A DNA stretch of 64,000 nucleotides from Cyanobacteria bacterium P01_F01_bin.150 (GTDB taxonomy: Bacteria > Cyanobacteriota > Cyanobacteriia > CAKZMO01). The notes under the pieces were generated by a model that was given only the letters and a program-made list of their open reading frames with translations, had not been told where the DNA came from and did not search any database. Both the position numbers and the translations under genes were made by a program. Every line of letters starts with the position of its first letter. Within the stretch, counting starts at the first letter, position 1. The stretch is from positions 14,915-78,914 of the forward strand of contig JBCCYL010000023.1 in assembly GCA_039189765.1 (NCBI GenBank), read 5' to 3'. Below are positions 41,320 to 50,917 of the stretch, piece by piece.

Positions 41320-44214
41320 TTAATAGCTGCGCTTTAGGGCTTTAACGCATCGTTCACATAGAAAAGGATGCTCGGCAGTTTGTCCGAGTTTAATGTAATA
41401 ATTCCAGCAACGAGCGCATTTCTGGCCATCTGCATCGGTTACGCCAATAGCCAAGCTATCGGAAAAGGAATGATATTTCATCTTTTTCACCGGGTCTGCA
41501 CTTTCAGTCAGCTCCACTTGAGAGGTGAGGAAGAGATAGCGCAGTTCATCAATGCTATTTCCGCTTAGATCTCCAGGATTCAGGTGTTGCAGTTGAGCAA
41601 GCAGATCAGCATCTGCTACATAGATCAACACTTTTGCATCTAAAGAGGAGCCAATAGCTTTATCAGCACGGGCCTGTTCCAGCACCTTATTCACTTCATC
41701 TCGAATTGTGCGTAGCTTAGCCCAGGACTCCACGAGATCAGGCTGACTCCACTGCTGCTCCATTTTGACCCAACCGGCCTGAAAAACAGAACGATGGGAG
41801 GTGTCATAGGGTAAGAACTGCCAGATATCCTCCGCCATATGGGACAGGACAGGGGCGATCGCCCTAGCCAAATTTTCGATAGCCACGGCCAGAACAGTCT
41901 GGCAACTACGACGACGGTGGGAGTTTTCGCTACTGATATAGAGACGGTCCTTGGCAATATCTAGATAGAAGTTAGACAGATCGACCACACAGAAGTTTTG
42001 AATCGTTTGGAAAAAGCGGAAAAACTGGAAGGACTCAAAGGCATCGGTGACTTCCGCAAATACCTCCGTAATTCGATGCAGCATGTACTGATCCAGCTCT
42101 GGCAGATCTTCGTAGGCGATCGCATCCGTAGCTGGGTTGAAATCGTGCAGATTACCAATTAGAAACCGAGACGTGTTGCGAATCTTGCGATATACATCAG
42201 CCATTTGCTTCAAAATATTTTTGCCCAGGGGCACATCGGAGGAATAGTCCACGGACGAGACCCATAGTCGTAGCACATCGGCTCCATAGGGCGGCTCTTG
42301 CTTTTTATTATTGCCTCCTTCAATCACCACCTTGGGATCAACCACGTTCCCCAAAGACTTACTCATCTTGCGCCCGTTTTCATCCAGGGCAAAGCCGTGG
42401 GTCAGAACGGTCTTGTAGGGCGCACAATCATTTGTAGCGACGCTGGTAAGCAAGCTGGACTGGAACCAACCGCGATGCTGGTCTGAGCCTTCCAAATACA
42501 TATCGACGGGATACTGGAGGCCTTCCCGCTGACGGGCGACCGCTGCCCAGGAGGAACCGGAGTCAAACCATACGTCCATGGTGTCGGTGCCGCGACGGTA
42601 GGTTTTGCCGTTGTTGCGATAGGATTCCGGCAGAAGATCGTTAATATCCATTTCCCACCAGGCATCGGCCCCGTGTTCGCGAATAATCGCCTGAATATGG
42701 GCGATGGTCTCTTCATTCATCAGCACATCCCCGGTGGCTTCGTCATAAAAGGCGGGAATGGGAACGCCCCAGGTTCGCTGACGGGAAATACACCAGTCAG
42801 AGCGATCGCCCACCATGGCAGTAATACGATTTTCGCCTTGAGCCGGGATCCATCGAACATCGGAAATAGCCTGCATGGCCTGATCCCTGAATCCTTCCAC
42901 CGACGCAAACCACTGTTCAGTGGCCCGGAAGATCGTTGGTTTTTTGGTACGCCAGTCATAGGGATAGCGGTGACCATACGGTTCCTGCTTAAGTAAGGAT
43001 TTTGCCTCTTCCAACGCAGTGATAATGGCCGCATTAGCGTCCTTCAGCACGTTTAGACCTTCAAATGGCCCCGCCTCTGCGGTCATCACCCCCGCCTCGT
43101 TAACCGGACAAAGGATCGGCAAGCCATAGCGTTGACCCACCGCAAAGTCATCCTGACCGTGGCCAGGAGCAGTATGCACTAGCCCTGTACCGGATTCGGT
43201 GGTAACATAATCCCCACCGATAACCACCGGACTTTCCCGATCATAAAGGGGATGACGATAGGTCGTATGCTCTAGCTCCTGGCCCTTGAGGACGGCTTTT
43301 TCCACTAGCTCCACTCCAAATGTCGCGGCAAGGGATTCAATTAAATCCTTGGCTACAATTAGGTGGGAAAAAGCAATGGTATCGGCATTATCACCTGTGA
43401 CCTCCACCACGGAATAGGCCAAATCAGGGTTTAAGGCAACGGCTAAGTTAGCAGGAATGGTCCAGGGCGTTGTGGTCCAGATCGCCACGCCAAGATTATC
43501 CAAATATGGAGTCAGAGCCGCGCTAGCAGCATCCGATGCCGCAACGACGGGAAAGGCGGCATAGATACTCTGAGAGGTATGCCCTTCAGGATATTCTAAT
43601 TCTGCTTCTGCTAAGGCTGTACGAGAGCTGGGACTCCAATGGACGGTCTTTAAGCCTCGATAGATAAAGCCCTTGAGGACCATCTCACCAAAGACGCCAA
43701 TTTGGGCCGCTTCATATTCCGGCAGCAGAGTGAGGTAAGGAGTATCCCAATCCCCCCAAACCCCATACCGTTTAAAGCTTTCCCGCTGCTGATCAACCTG
43801 CTTTAAGGCCCATTCCTTCGCTTTTTTCCTGAGTTGGATCGGCGTTAACTCTCGACGCTCGGAGGACTTCATCGCCTGGAGCACTTTTAGCTCAATCGGC
43901 AACCCGTGACAGTCCCACCCCGGAATATAGCGAACCTTCCGCCCCTGCAAAAGCTGATATTTATTAATGGTGTCCTTTAAAATCTTGTTGAGGGCGTGAC
44001 CAATATGCAGTGCTCCGTTGGCATAGGGAGGACCATCATGCAGCACAAATGGTTCTCCAGGATTTTCAATGGCAAGGGTCTCGTAAATCTTTTCTTCCGC
44101 CCAAAACTTTTGCAGTTCAGGTTCTCGCTTGACGGAATTGGCCCGCATAGAGAAGTCAGTTTTAGGCAAGTTTACGGTGTCTTTGTAGCTTACTGCTTGT
44201 GTCACGATTGCCAA
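41320..44214 (-). CDS. ileS: Isoleucine--tRNA ligase
   Basis: HDGPPYANG..HIGH, WTTTPWT, DWCISRQR, KMSKS, C-terminal CARC...CERC. Confidence 0.98.
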   Translation of the reverse strand: MAIVTQAVSYKDTVNLPKTDFSMRANSVKREPELQKFWAEEKIYETLAIENPGEPFVLHDGPPYANGALHIGHALNKILKDTINKYQLLQGRKVRYIPGWDCHGLPIELKVLQAMKSSERRELTPIQLRKKAKEWALKQVDQQRESFKRYGVWGDWDTPYLTLLPEYEAAQIGVFGEMVLKGFIYRGLKTVHWSPSSRTALAEAELEYPEGHTSQSIYAAFPVVAASDAASAALTPYLDNLGVAIWTTTPWTIPANLAVALNPDLAYSVVEVTGDNADTIAFSHLIVAKDLIESLAATFGVELVEKAVLKGQELEHTTYRHPLYDRESPVVIGGDYVTTESGTGLVHTAPGHGQDDFAVGQRYGLPILCPVNEAGVMTAEAGPFEGLNVLKDANAAIITALEEAKSLLKQEPYGHRYPYDWRTKKPTIFRATEQWFASVEGFRDQAMQAISDVRWIPAQGENRITAMVGDRSDWCISRQRTWGVPIPAFYDEATGDVLMNEETIAHIQAIIREHGADAWWEMDINDLLPESYRNNGKTYRRGTDTMDVWFDSGSSWAAVARQREGLQYPVDMYLEGSDQHRGWFQSSLLTSVATNDCAPYKTVLTHGFALDENGRKMSKSLGNVVDPKVVIEGGNNKKQEPPYGADVLRLWVSSVDYSSDVPLGKNILKQMADVYRKIRNTSRFLIGNLHDFNPATDAIAYEDLPELDQYMLHRITEVFAEVTDAFESFQFFRFFQTIQNFCVVDLSNFYLDIAKDRLYISSENSHRRRSCQTVLAVAIENLARAIAPVLSHMAEDIWQFLPYDTSHRSVFQAGWVKMEQQWSQPDLVESWAKLRTIRDEVNKVLEQARADKAIGSSLDAKVLIYVADADLLAQLQHLNPGDLSGNSIDELRYLFLTSQVELTESADPVKKMKYHSFSDSLAIGVTDADGQKCARCWNYYIKLGQTAEHPFLCERCVKALKRSY

Positions 44215-44501
44215 TTTGAATAAGGTGGACGAATTTTTAAAGATCAGCCACCATTATCAACCACAACCTCCCAATGCTACAAGGTCTCCATATGCTTAAC
44301 GGGAGAATAGGCCGTTTCATGTCCTACTTCTCCCGTCGCAAAGACCTCTATTTATATTCTCGCTCCCAGCGTCCTGCGGGGAATGCCATCTCGATCCAGA
44401 GTCTCAGGATGGCCATTGGAGCCAGAGTCTCCAATAGCAGTTCCCAGTCTCCGGCTAGGAACTAGAGGCAATGAGCAAAGGCCTCCACTAAAACATAAGC
44501 A

Positions 44502-45011
44502 CTAATCTTGATGAGACGCCATATAGCGAATAATGTCACCTCGGGTCAAAATGCCAACGACTTCTTTCTGGTCATTGACTACAATTAGGCGATGAACATT
44601 TCGACGGTGCAGTAATTTGGCCGCAGCTTGCAGGGATTCATCCGATTGAATGGTGATCACTGATTTAGTCATTACGTCTCCCACCAACTGCCCCAGAGCC
44701 TTGTGGAGTTCTTTTTCAAAGGTAGCCGGATTTTCCAGATAGATTACGCTATCAAGCACCATGATGTAGGGCGGTGGATTAGCACCCGTTTCTTGCCACA
44801 TCAAATCGCCTTCAGAAATAACGCCTACCAGTTGATTATCCTCATCAATCACAGGCATCCCACTGATGCGATGGTCCGCAATTAATTTAACCGCAGTGCG
44901 TAAAGGCGTGGCGGATGTTACCGAAATAGGGTTGGATGTCATCACATCCGTCACAGCGGGAGCAGTAGTTAGGGTCAACATAAGCAAAAGACCGGTGAAC
45001 GGTACCCACAA
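44502..45011 (-). CDS. CBS domain protein (start uncertain)
   Basis: V.DVMT, ISGMPV, GVISEGDL, GILTRGDI: a CBS pair. Confidence 0.88.
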   Translation of the reverse strand: MWVPFTGLLLMLTLTTAPAVTDVMTSNPISVTSATPLRTAVKLIADHRISGMPVIDEDNQLVGVISEGDLMWQETGANPPPYIMVLDSVIYLENPATFEKELHKALGQLVGDVMTKSVITIQSDESLQAAAKLLHRRNVHRLIVVNDQKEVVGILTRGDIIRYMASHQD

Positions 45012-45099
45012 TACATCTTTATCCTTATTGTAAGAACGGATGCTTGGGGAACCGGCAACGCCACACGTTTCTACATATTTGTTTTGTTACATTACCACG

Positions 45100-45265
45100 C
45101 TCCTAGGGCCCTGACCTCACCTTTTGGGGTAGGCGATAAACAGTTGTAGACCCCTGGATTCTAAGAGCCTAGGCGATCGCCAAGATCCCAGGGGTCTTAC
45201 CTCATGCTTCTTGGGGGGCAATAAACGTTTTTAGACCCCTGGGATCTGAGAGCCTACGAGATCGC
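45100..45265. repeat. Diverged ~85-bp tandem duplication with GACCCCTGG hairpin, overlapping the GST stop codon
   Basis: ACCTCA at 45114 and 45199; AGACCCCTGG.....AGAGCCTA...GATCGC at 45148 and 45233. Confidence 0.7.
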
Positions 45266-46334
45266 GCCCATGCTGATCCCAAAGATTATCGATATCTGGA
45301 CCTCGGGGAATAATTTGCCCCGGGTTGAGGGGAAACAGGTTACCGTAATAGTCTCGCTTCACTGCATCGAGATCGCAGGTCTCAGCCACCCCTGGTAGCT
45401 GATACATATCTCTCAGATAAGGGCCAAGGTTTGCATAGTCCTGAATGCGACGCCGATTGCACTTGAAGAGGCCGTAGTAGACAATATCGAAGCGAAACAG
45501 GGTCGTAAACAATCGCACATCGGCAAGGGTCACAGTCGGCCCACACAAGTATCGCTGATGGGTGAGAGCGGTATCAATGTCATCTAACATGGCAAATAGC
45601 TGATCACAGGCTTGGTCGTAGGCAACTTGGCTTTGGGCAAACCCACAGCGGTATACGCCATTATTTACAGCATGGTAGATCTTCTTATTCCAATCATCGA
45701 TGATGGGTTTAAGGGCATCGGGATAGAGATTGAGGGAGGGATTTTGGGCGATCGCATCAAATTCCCCATTGAGGATCTCAATAATCTCAGCACTCTCGTT
45801 ATTAACAATAGTTTGGGTCTGACTATCCCACAGCACAGGCACAGTGGAGCGACCATCGTATCCAGTTTGAGCGAGGCGATAAAATTCTTTAAGCGTACGA
45901 CAGCCCCTTGCAGATGCCTGGGTTTGATCCTCAAAAACCCAACCGCCATCGTTCACAGATGGCTCCACAACGGTAACGGGAATTGATTCTGCCAGACCTT
46001 TTAAGGCTCGTACCACCAAGGTTCGATGTGCCCAAGGACAGCCCATACCGACATAGAGGTGATAGCGCCCCGCTTCAGTTAGGTATGACATATTGCCAGA
46101 ATCAAGCTCCTGATCCTCTCTTTTCGCTCGAACCCAATGCCGAAATTGACTCTCAGGCCGAAGATAGGCCCCTGATTTACTCCGGGGCGCAATTTGGGAC
46201 ATCATCGTATGCCACATGGTGGACCACACCCATTTTCCGGTTTGGACAATCAACCGACCGGGAAGAGCAACGTTAACGTTAGGCCGCTTTGATTTTGACG
46301 GAGACAGGTTGGAATTAGAGCGATTTTGAGTCAT
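45231..46334 (-). CDS. Glutathionyl-hydroquinone reductase (YqjG/ECM4, Xi-class GST)
   Basis: GRYHLYV..GCPWAHR, TVPVLWD, IVNNESAEI, NNGVYRCGFA, TLFRFD.VY. Confidence 0.92.
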   Translation of the reverse strand: MTQNRSNSNLSPSKSKRPNVNVALPGRLIVQTGKWVWSTMWHTMMSQIAPRSKSGAYLRPESQFRHWVRAKREDQELDSGNMSYLTEAGRYHLYVGMGCPWAHRTLVVRALKGLAESIPVTVVEPSVNDGGWVFEDQTQASARGCRTLKEFYRLAQTGYDGRSTVPVLWDSQTQTIVNNESAEIIEILNGEFDAIAQNPSLNLYPDALKPIIDDWNKKIYHAVNNGVYRCGFAQSQVAYDQACDQLFAMLDDIDTALTHQRYLCGPTVTLADVRLFTTLFRFDIVYYGLFKCNRRRIQDYANLGPYLRDMYQLPGVAETCDLDAVKRDYYGNLFPLNPGQIIPRGPDIDNLWDQHGRDLVGSQIPGV

Positions 46335-46719
46335 AACGTTCGTAGAGTTCCAACGGCAGAGAATCGGGGTCTTGAAAGAAGGTAAAGCGCTTTCCAGTCA
46401 ATTCATCAAAGCGAATGGGTTCGGTTTCAACTCCTGCTTGGTTGAGGTGGGCGATCGCCCCTTCCAAGTCATCCACCGCAAACGCCAAATGCCTTAGACC
46501 ACAAGATTCAGGAAAGCTAGGACGTTCCGGCGGCTCAGGGAAAGAAAAGAGTTCAATCTGCGCACCATTGCCCACAGCCAAATCCAACTTATAGGAATGA
46601 CGGGCAGACCGGAAGGTTTCTTGGATAATGGAAAACCCAAGAATCTCAGTATAGAAATATTTGGATCGATCGTAGTCCGAACAAATAATCGCAACGTGGT
46701 GGATCTGACGAATCTTCAT
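46315..46719 (-). CDS. VOC family glyoxalase-like protein (YaeR-like)
   Basis: IHHVAIICSDY, IELFSFP, GLRHLAF.V, FFQDPD.LPLELYE; likely start ATG 46719. Confidence 0.9.
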   Translation of the reverse strand: MKIRQIHHVAIICSDYDRSKYFYTEILGFSIIQETFRSARHSYKLDLAVGNGAQIELFSFPEPPERPSFPESCGLRHLAFAVDDLEGAIAHLNQAGVETEPIRFDELTGKRFTFFQDPDSLPLELYERYDSKSL

Positions 46720-46751
46720 GTTTATAGTGAAGTGAGAAATAGCCATATACA

Positions 46752-46784
46752 AGATCCCCGAGTTCTCCAAGAACCCAGGGATCT
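46752..46784. repeat. Palindromic repeat AGATCCCC...GGGATCT
   Basis: AGATCCCCGAGTTCT-CCA-AGAACCCAGGGATCT imperfect inverted repeat between ccmK4 and the VOC gene. Confidence 0.6.
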
Positions 46785-46809
46785 GATGCGTATTTCGTAC
46801 CATAAAAGC

Positions 46810-47172
46810 CTAGCTACCAGGAAGGCTAGGAGAATTATTTGCCATCACCAAAGGTTCTTCCACGGCCCGGCGATACTGCTCAACCTCTTCCGTGTATTCA
46901 ATCGGTAGAACCCCAACAACGTTTTCGTGGGGACGAGGAATGATCACCCAGGTTTCCAAAACGCCACCAGGAGCATTTTTAGCGGCTTCCACTCCAGCCG
47001 CCATTGCAGCCTTAACTTCAGCCACATCTCCCCGAATATTGATGCAAAACCGAGCACTTCCAGCTCGGATATAGTTAATTAGCGTCACACGACCCGCCTT
47101 TACCATCGCATCAGCGGCCGCCAATACTGGGGGAAATCCTTTCGTCTCTAGTGATCCAACTGCCTGTGGCAT
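46810..47172 (-). CDS. ccmK4: Carboxysome shell hexamer protein CcmK4
   Basis: AVGSLETKGFP..LAAADAMVKAGRVT...RAGSARF..NIRGDV.EV...LETWVIIPRPHENV. Confidence 0.92.
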   Translation of the reverse strand: MPQAVGSLETKGFPPVLAAADAMVKAGRVTLINYIRAGSARFCINIRGDVAEVKAAMAAGVEAAKNAPGGVLETWVIIPRPHENVVGVLPIEYTEEVEQYRRAVEEPLVMANNSPSLPGS

Positions 47173-47264
47173 TCGTTATCTCCTCTAATAAACGCCCGTT
47201 CTAAACCTTACACCCTAACGTCCACACTCTTAAACAAATTCTTGAGGAGGGCGGAGGAGGGAAA

Positions 47265-47373
47265 AAGGCAGAAGGCAGAAGGCAGAAGGCAAAAAAGCTA
47301 ACTCCCTCCCCAACTCTCGAACTCCCTAACTCCCTAATGCCTTAACGCCCTAACGCCTTAACTCCCCAATTCT
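47265..47373 (+). repeat. Short tandem repeats: (AAGGCAG)x~4 and eight degenerate octamers (YTAACKCC)
   Basis: 47265-47291 heptamers; 47310-47373 ccaactct cgaactcc ctaactcc ctaatgcc ttaacgcc ctaacgcc ttaactcc ccaattct. Confidence 0.85.
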
Positions 47374-47388
47374 TCAATCCAAAATGCC

Positions 47389-47991
47389 CTAGACTTTCGT
47401 CAGCGTGGGAGTATTCTTCGAAGCAATCACCCGTTCACACCATGAGTCCGGCCATGCCCACTGGTAGTGACATTCCTTAGGTGTTCCCCAACAAAGCGAT
47501 AGATATAGCTCCGATTGCCCCACATCCAGTTCCACCCACTCCGCATCCGCCGCCAACCGTTCTACATCGCTAATCCCCACTTGGGTTGGCTCAGACTGCT
47601 TACGCGATTCTCCAGTGAGCCATAGCAACATGCCGTCAGTGCCTTGACGCCAAAAGTCTAGTATTGAAGACTTAGCATCCATCATCATCCTTTTATCGGC
47701 TTCAATGGGGATCAATTGGCCATGAATCTCAGGAACCTCTACTGTTTGCCCCCGAAACTGACGAGTTTGCCAGATAATTCCTGACACCTCGTGTTCTCGC
47801 TGATAATCATGGATCTGCCGCCGAAAATCCTGATAGGCAAACACTTTGCTCAGCTTTTCCGTGCCTAATGCTTTAGCCACCACTGGATTACTCAATCGTT
47901 GATCCGAAGACATAACGATCCGTTCTCCCTTCCAGGTTGCCCGGAGTTCATTGTCTAAAATTTCAATCAACTGCTCAGTGGTGTAGCTCAT
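47389..47991 (-). CDS. Conserved cyanobacterial hypothetical protein
   Basis: YTTEQLIEILD.EL.A..KGER, YQDFR.QIH.YQREH.VSGIIW. Confidence 0.75.
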   Translation of the reverse strand: MSYTTEQLIEILDNELRATWKGERIVMSSDQRLSNPVVAKALGTEKLSKVFAYQDFRRQIHDYQREHEVSGIIWQTRQFRGQTVEVPEIHGQLIPIEADKRMMMDAKSSILDFWRQGTDGMLLWLTGESRKQSEPTQVGISDVERLAADAEWVELDVGQSELYLSLCWGTPKECHYQWAWPDSWCERVIASKNTPTLTKV

Positions 47992-48058
47992 GGGATTTCC
48001 TGTATTGTTGCCCCTTTTAGCCCATCAACCCTTCAGCGGAAGCATTTACGCAAAAAGC

Positions 48059-48259
48059 TTAATCCAAGTAGCCCAACATGTCATCCATATCTTCCGTTGT
48101 ATTACTCGCAATGGGTCGATTCTGCGGTAAAGGTGACGGCTTGGGCCGACGGATATCAATTTTGCCTCTGGTCGGGACAGCAGCGATGTTGCCTCCGGCA
48201 ATAGCGATGTCCCCTTGAGAATCTGGGGCAGGAATCAGATCTCGTGGATCAGATGACAT
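48059..48259 (-). CDS. Small hypothetical protein
   Basis: AAGGAGG RBS upstream; LPQNRPIA...LGYLD C-terminus. Confidence 0.65.
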   Translation of the reverse strand: MSSDPRDLIPAPDSQGDIAIAGGNIAAVPTRGKIDIRRPKPSPLPQNRPIASNTTEDMDDMLGYLD

Positions 48260-48430
48260 GATGGCCTCCTTATTTAACGCACATTTTTGTGCTTTTCGTA
48301 TGAATGTTTAGTAAGGGTAACTATAGGATTGACTCTATTGCTACATGCCCATTGTCCTACAAAAGACTACGGTCTTGCATCGACATTTGTTATGCGATCG
48401 CCTTAAAAAAGTTATCGTTCTATTACGTAA

Positions 48431-49105
48431 TCATAATTCTCTTTGGAGCCAGATCCCTCGCAGTCCCGCCGCTGTTGCACCTTCATAGTCTTCTTTGAGG
48501 CTATCACCAATATGCCATGCCTGACCAGGAGAACATTGATGCTTCTCCAAAGCTGCATTGAAAATGATTACGCTTGGCTTAGCCGCTCCCACATCGGTAG
48601 ACACTGTAATCGAGTCAAAAAAGCCTGTCAGTTCCAGCGCCAACAATACTCGATGAATTCGACTGTCAAAATTCGACACAATTCCCATTGCAACTCCCTG
48701 TTGCCTATAGTGCATCAGGGTTTTAAGCGTATCTTCATAGATAAACCATGGAGCAGCAGTGGCAAAGTGCTCGTAAAGCGTATCGAAGAAATGGTCAAAG
48801 TGAGTAAACTGCTCCAATACTCCAACCCTTTGAAAGGTTTGCTGGGCAATCGCCTTCCACCACTCAAACTCACGCGCAGGAATACTATATATGTCAACAT
48901 CAGGAAATGCCATCGGTGGAGCCGCTTTAAACGCCTTGTAAAAAGCATCATCAATCGCCCCAGCATCCCCATGAACGCCATAGGGACGAGCCAGCTCTGC
49001 ATAGATTTCACCAACGCTGCCCTTCACACCAAATAAGGTTCCAACAGCATCAAAAAAGATAACCTGCGGTGGATCGTAAACGGATTGAGAATTAAAGTGA
49101 CTCAT
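48431..49105 (-). CDS. HAD-IA family hydrolase (REG-2-like)
   Basis: FFDAVGTLF, VSNFDSR, AAKP, HIGDS..EDY.GA..AG. Confidence 0.92.
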   Translation of the reverse strand: MSHFNSQSVYDPPQVIFFDAVGTLFGVKGSVGEIYAELARPYGVHGDAGAIDDAFYKAFKAAPPMAFPDVDIYSIPAREFEWWKAIAQQTFQRVGVLEQFTHFDHFFDTLYEHFATAAPWFIYEDTLKTLMHYRQQGVAMGIVSNFDSRIHRVLLALELTGFFDSITVSTDVGAAKPSVIIFNAALEKHQCSPGQAWHIGDSLKEDYEGATAAGLRGIWLQREL

Positions 49106-49122
49106 TACAACAGCTATTTAGG

Positions 49123-50328
49123 CTACACCGACAGTAAATCTTGAAGCGGTTTTGTTACCCAATTTAATCCCACTTTAATTTGGTGGTCAAAAGTAGGCAT
49201 GCGGTAGAGATAGGCCAGGCGTCGTGCGACATGGGCTAAAGGACCATCTATATTAATCCCCAGTCCGGTAAGAGTAGCGTTATTCAGACCTAGGGTCATC
49301 ATTTCGCCCAAATGCTGATAGCGAAAGGGCAAAAGGGGGCGATCGCATTCACTAGCCCAGATATTCCAAGCCGTATACTGGGCCTGTTGTAACGTTGATT
49401 GGGCGGTGGAGAACACCCGTTGGCCAGTAGCATCAAAGCTTTCAGCCAAATCACCCAGGGCAAAAACGTCAGAACGATCAATGGCTTGTAGTTTGGTATT
49501 AACCTTTATTTGATGACGCTCAGTCTTAGCAAGGGGTAATGTTTTTACAATATCTGCCACCTTAGTCCCCACGGTCCACAACACAATATCTACAGGCAGC
49601 TCATCTTTTTGATCCCGGTAGGACAAGGTGATAGTATCAGCGCTGATTCCACTGACGGAGGTTTCTAGATCCAGTAGAACGCGGCGATCGCTCAATGCTT
49701 TTAGGGCCGCATCCCGATTAAAGTCTGGAGATGCGCGCAAAATCTGGTCCGCCATTTCAATAATGCGGAGCCGACCGCGATCGCCCAGCCGTTCAGCGAG
49801 TTTGCAGGCTAGCTCTACTCCACTGTACCCCCCGCCAACCACCGCCACCCGAATTTTTTCCTGGTCGGACTGTTCCAGCGGCTTTAATGCTTGTTCCAAA
49901 CGATAAGCATCCGTCACGGTACGAAAAGGAATGGCATGGTCTATAGCTCCAGGCACCAAATCCATTGGAGTTTCCCCACCCAATGCCAAGACAAGATAGT
50001 CATAATTCAGCACGCTCCGATCCGCCAATTCGACACTCTTGTGATCCACGTCAATATTGGCAACCGCCTGTTGCTGAAAATGAATTGGCGTTCCCTCCAA
50101 TAGCTCAGAAAAGGGGGGCGCGATTTCCCAAGTTTCCAATTCTCCCGTGAGCAGTTCGTAGAGTAGTGGGACAAAAAGGAAGCGATCGCGCTGATCCACC
50201 AGAGTAATTTGAGGCGGAGCAGAGGACTGCCATGGAAACTGGGTGAGATTAAGAGCCGTGTAAAGCCCTCCAAATCCCCCACCCAGGACACAAATACAAG
50301 GGCTTGAAGTAGTTCCAGACTGGGTCAT
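49123..50328 (-). CDS. ndbB: Type II NAD(P)H dehydrogenase NdbB (demethylphylloquinone reductase-like)
   Basis: ICVLGGGFGGLYTAL, RFLFVPLLYEL..GELETWEIAPPF, VVGGGYSGVELA. Confidence 0.88.
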   Translation of the reverse strand: MTQSGTTSSPCICVLGGGFGGLYTALNLTQFPWQSSAPPQITLVDQRDRFLFVPLLYELLTGELETWEIAPPFSELLEGTPIHFQQQAVANIDVDHKSVELADRSVLNYDYLVLALGGETPMDLVPGAIDHAIPFRTVTDAYRLEQALKPLEQSDQEKIRVAVVGGGYSGVELACKLAERLGDRGRLRIIEMADQILRASPDFNRDAALKALSDRRVLLDLETSVSGISADTITLSYRDQKDELPVDIVLWTVGTKVADIVKTLPLAKTERHQIKVNTKLQAIDRSDVFALGDLAESFDATGQRVFSTAQSTLQQAQYTAWNIWASECDRPLLPFRYQHLGEMMTLGLNNATLTGLGINIDGPLAHVARRLAYLYRMPTFDHQIKVGLNWVTKPLQDLLSV

Positions 50329-50513
50329 GGGTACTGTCGATAAATCTTCTTACAAGTGACCAGAGAGAATGGCGTTGTTACTAAAGTTTAGAGGCTAAAA
50401 CTCAGGCCATACTCCGTCTATCAGGATAACAATGTTATCTAATCACCACACGGTGTTTATGTAAAAATATAAGCGCTTTTGGAAAATCCAAAAGCGCCTG
50501 TGAACCCACGCTA

Positions 50514-50917
50514 TGGGGGCAGAGGGACTTGAACCCTCACGACTTTTAAAGGTCAACGGATTTTCATCCTTCCGCAACTTTCGTCGCTGCCTAATATCTA
50601 ACTAAGACGTATCTAACTAGAATTGGGCTTTAAGGATCGGACCCTCCCTTTACCCTCGACTGTACGTTAGGGTAGCTCCCGTCGGGCCTCTGCACCTTCC
50701 GAACCAATGCTCGCAGATAATGAGCAATAACTCGGCTTGGCTCAGGATTGCCTTGCCTTATAAGCAAATGCCCTTAGACCATGTAAAGCTGTCAAAGAGC
50801 GATTGCTTGAGGAAAAGGTTTAGGTTTCCCTGAGTTTGAGAGCTTACACTTGAACAATTTCTCGCCCAAGGCTCAGTTTCCTAAGTCCGCAGCGTCTACC
50901 AATTCCGCCATGCCCCC
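50514..50917 (-). tRNA. trnL: tRNA-Leu(UAA): exon 1 50917-50883, exon 2 50564-50514
   Basis: GGGGGCATGGCGGAATTGGTAGACGCTGCGGACTT ^ AAAATCCGTTGACC...GAGGGTTCAAGTCCCTCTGCCCCCA; acceptor GGGGGCA/TGCCCCC; long variable arm. Confidence 0.96.
50565..50882 (-). ncRNA. Group I self-splicing intron in the tRNA-Leu anticodon (318 nt)
   Basis: Inserted after U34, terminal G; core motifs AAACTCAGGGAAACCTAAA, GGCAATCCTGAGCCAAGC, GGTGCAGAGGCCCGACGGGAGCTACCCTAACG, GAGGGTAAAGGGAGGGTCC. Confidence 0.95.

Noticed and set aside
44220..44500. T-box riboswitch before ileS
   Set aside because: No GGTGGNACCGCG antiterminator motif; kept only as an unclassified structured region
47265..47373. Possible CRISPR array
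   Set aside because: Units are 7-8 bp with no spacers and there are no cas genes; these are ordinary cyanobacterial short tandem repeats
48443..49036. 197-aa plus-strand ORF and the many other short ORFs overlapping assigned genes
   Set aside because: Antisense or alternate-frame shadows of well-supported genes, with no recognisable motifs
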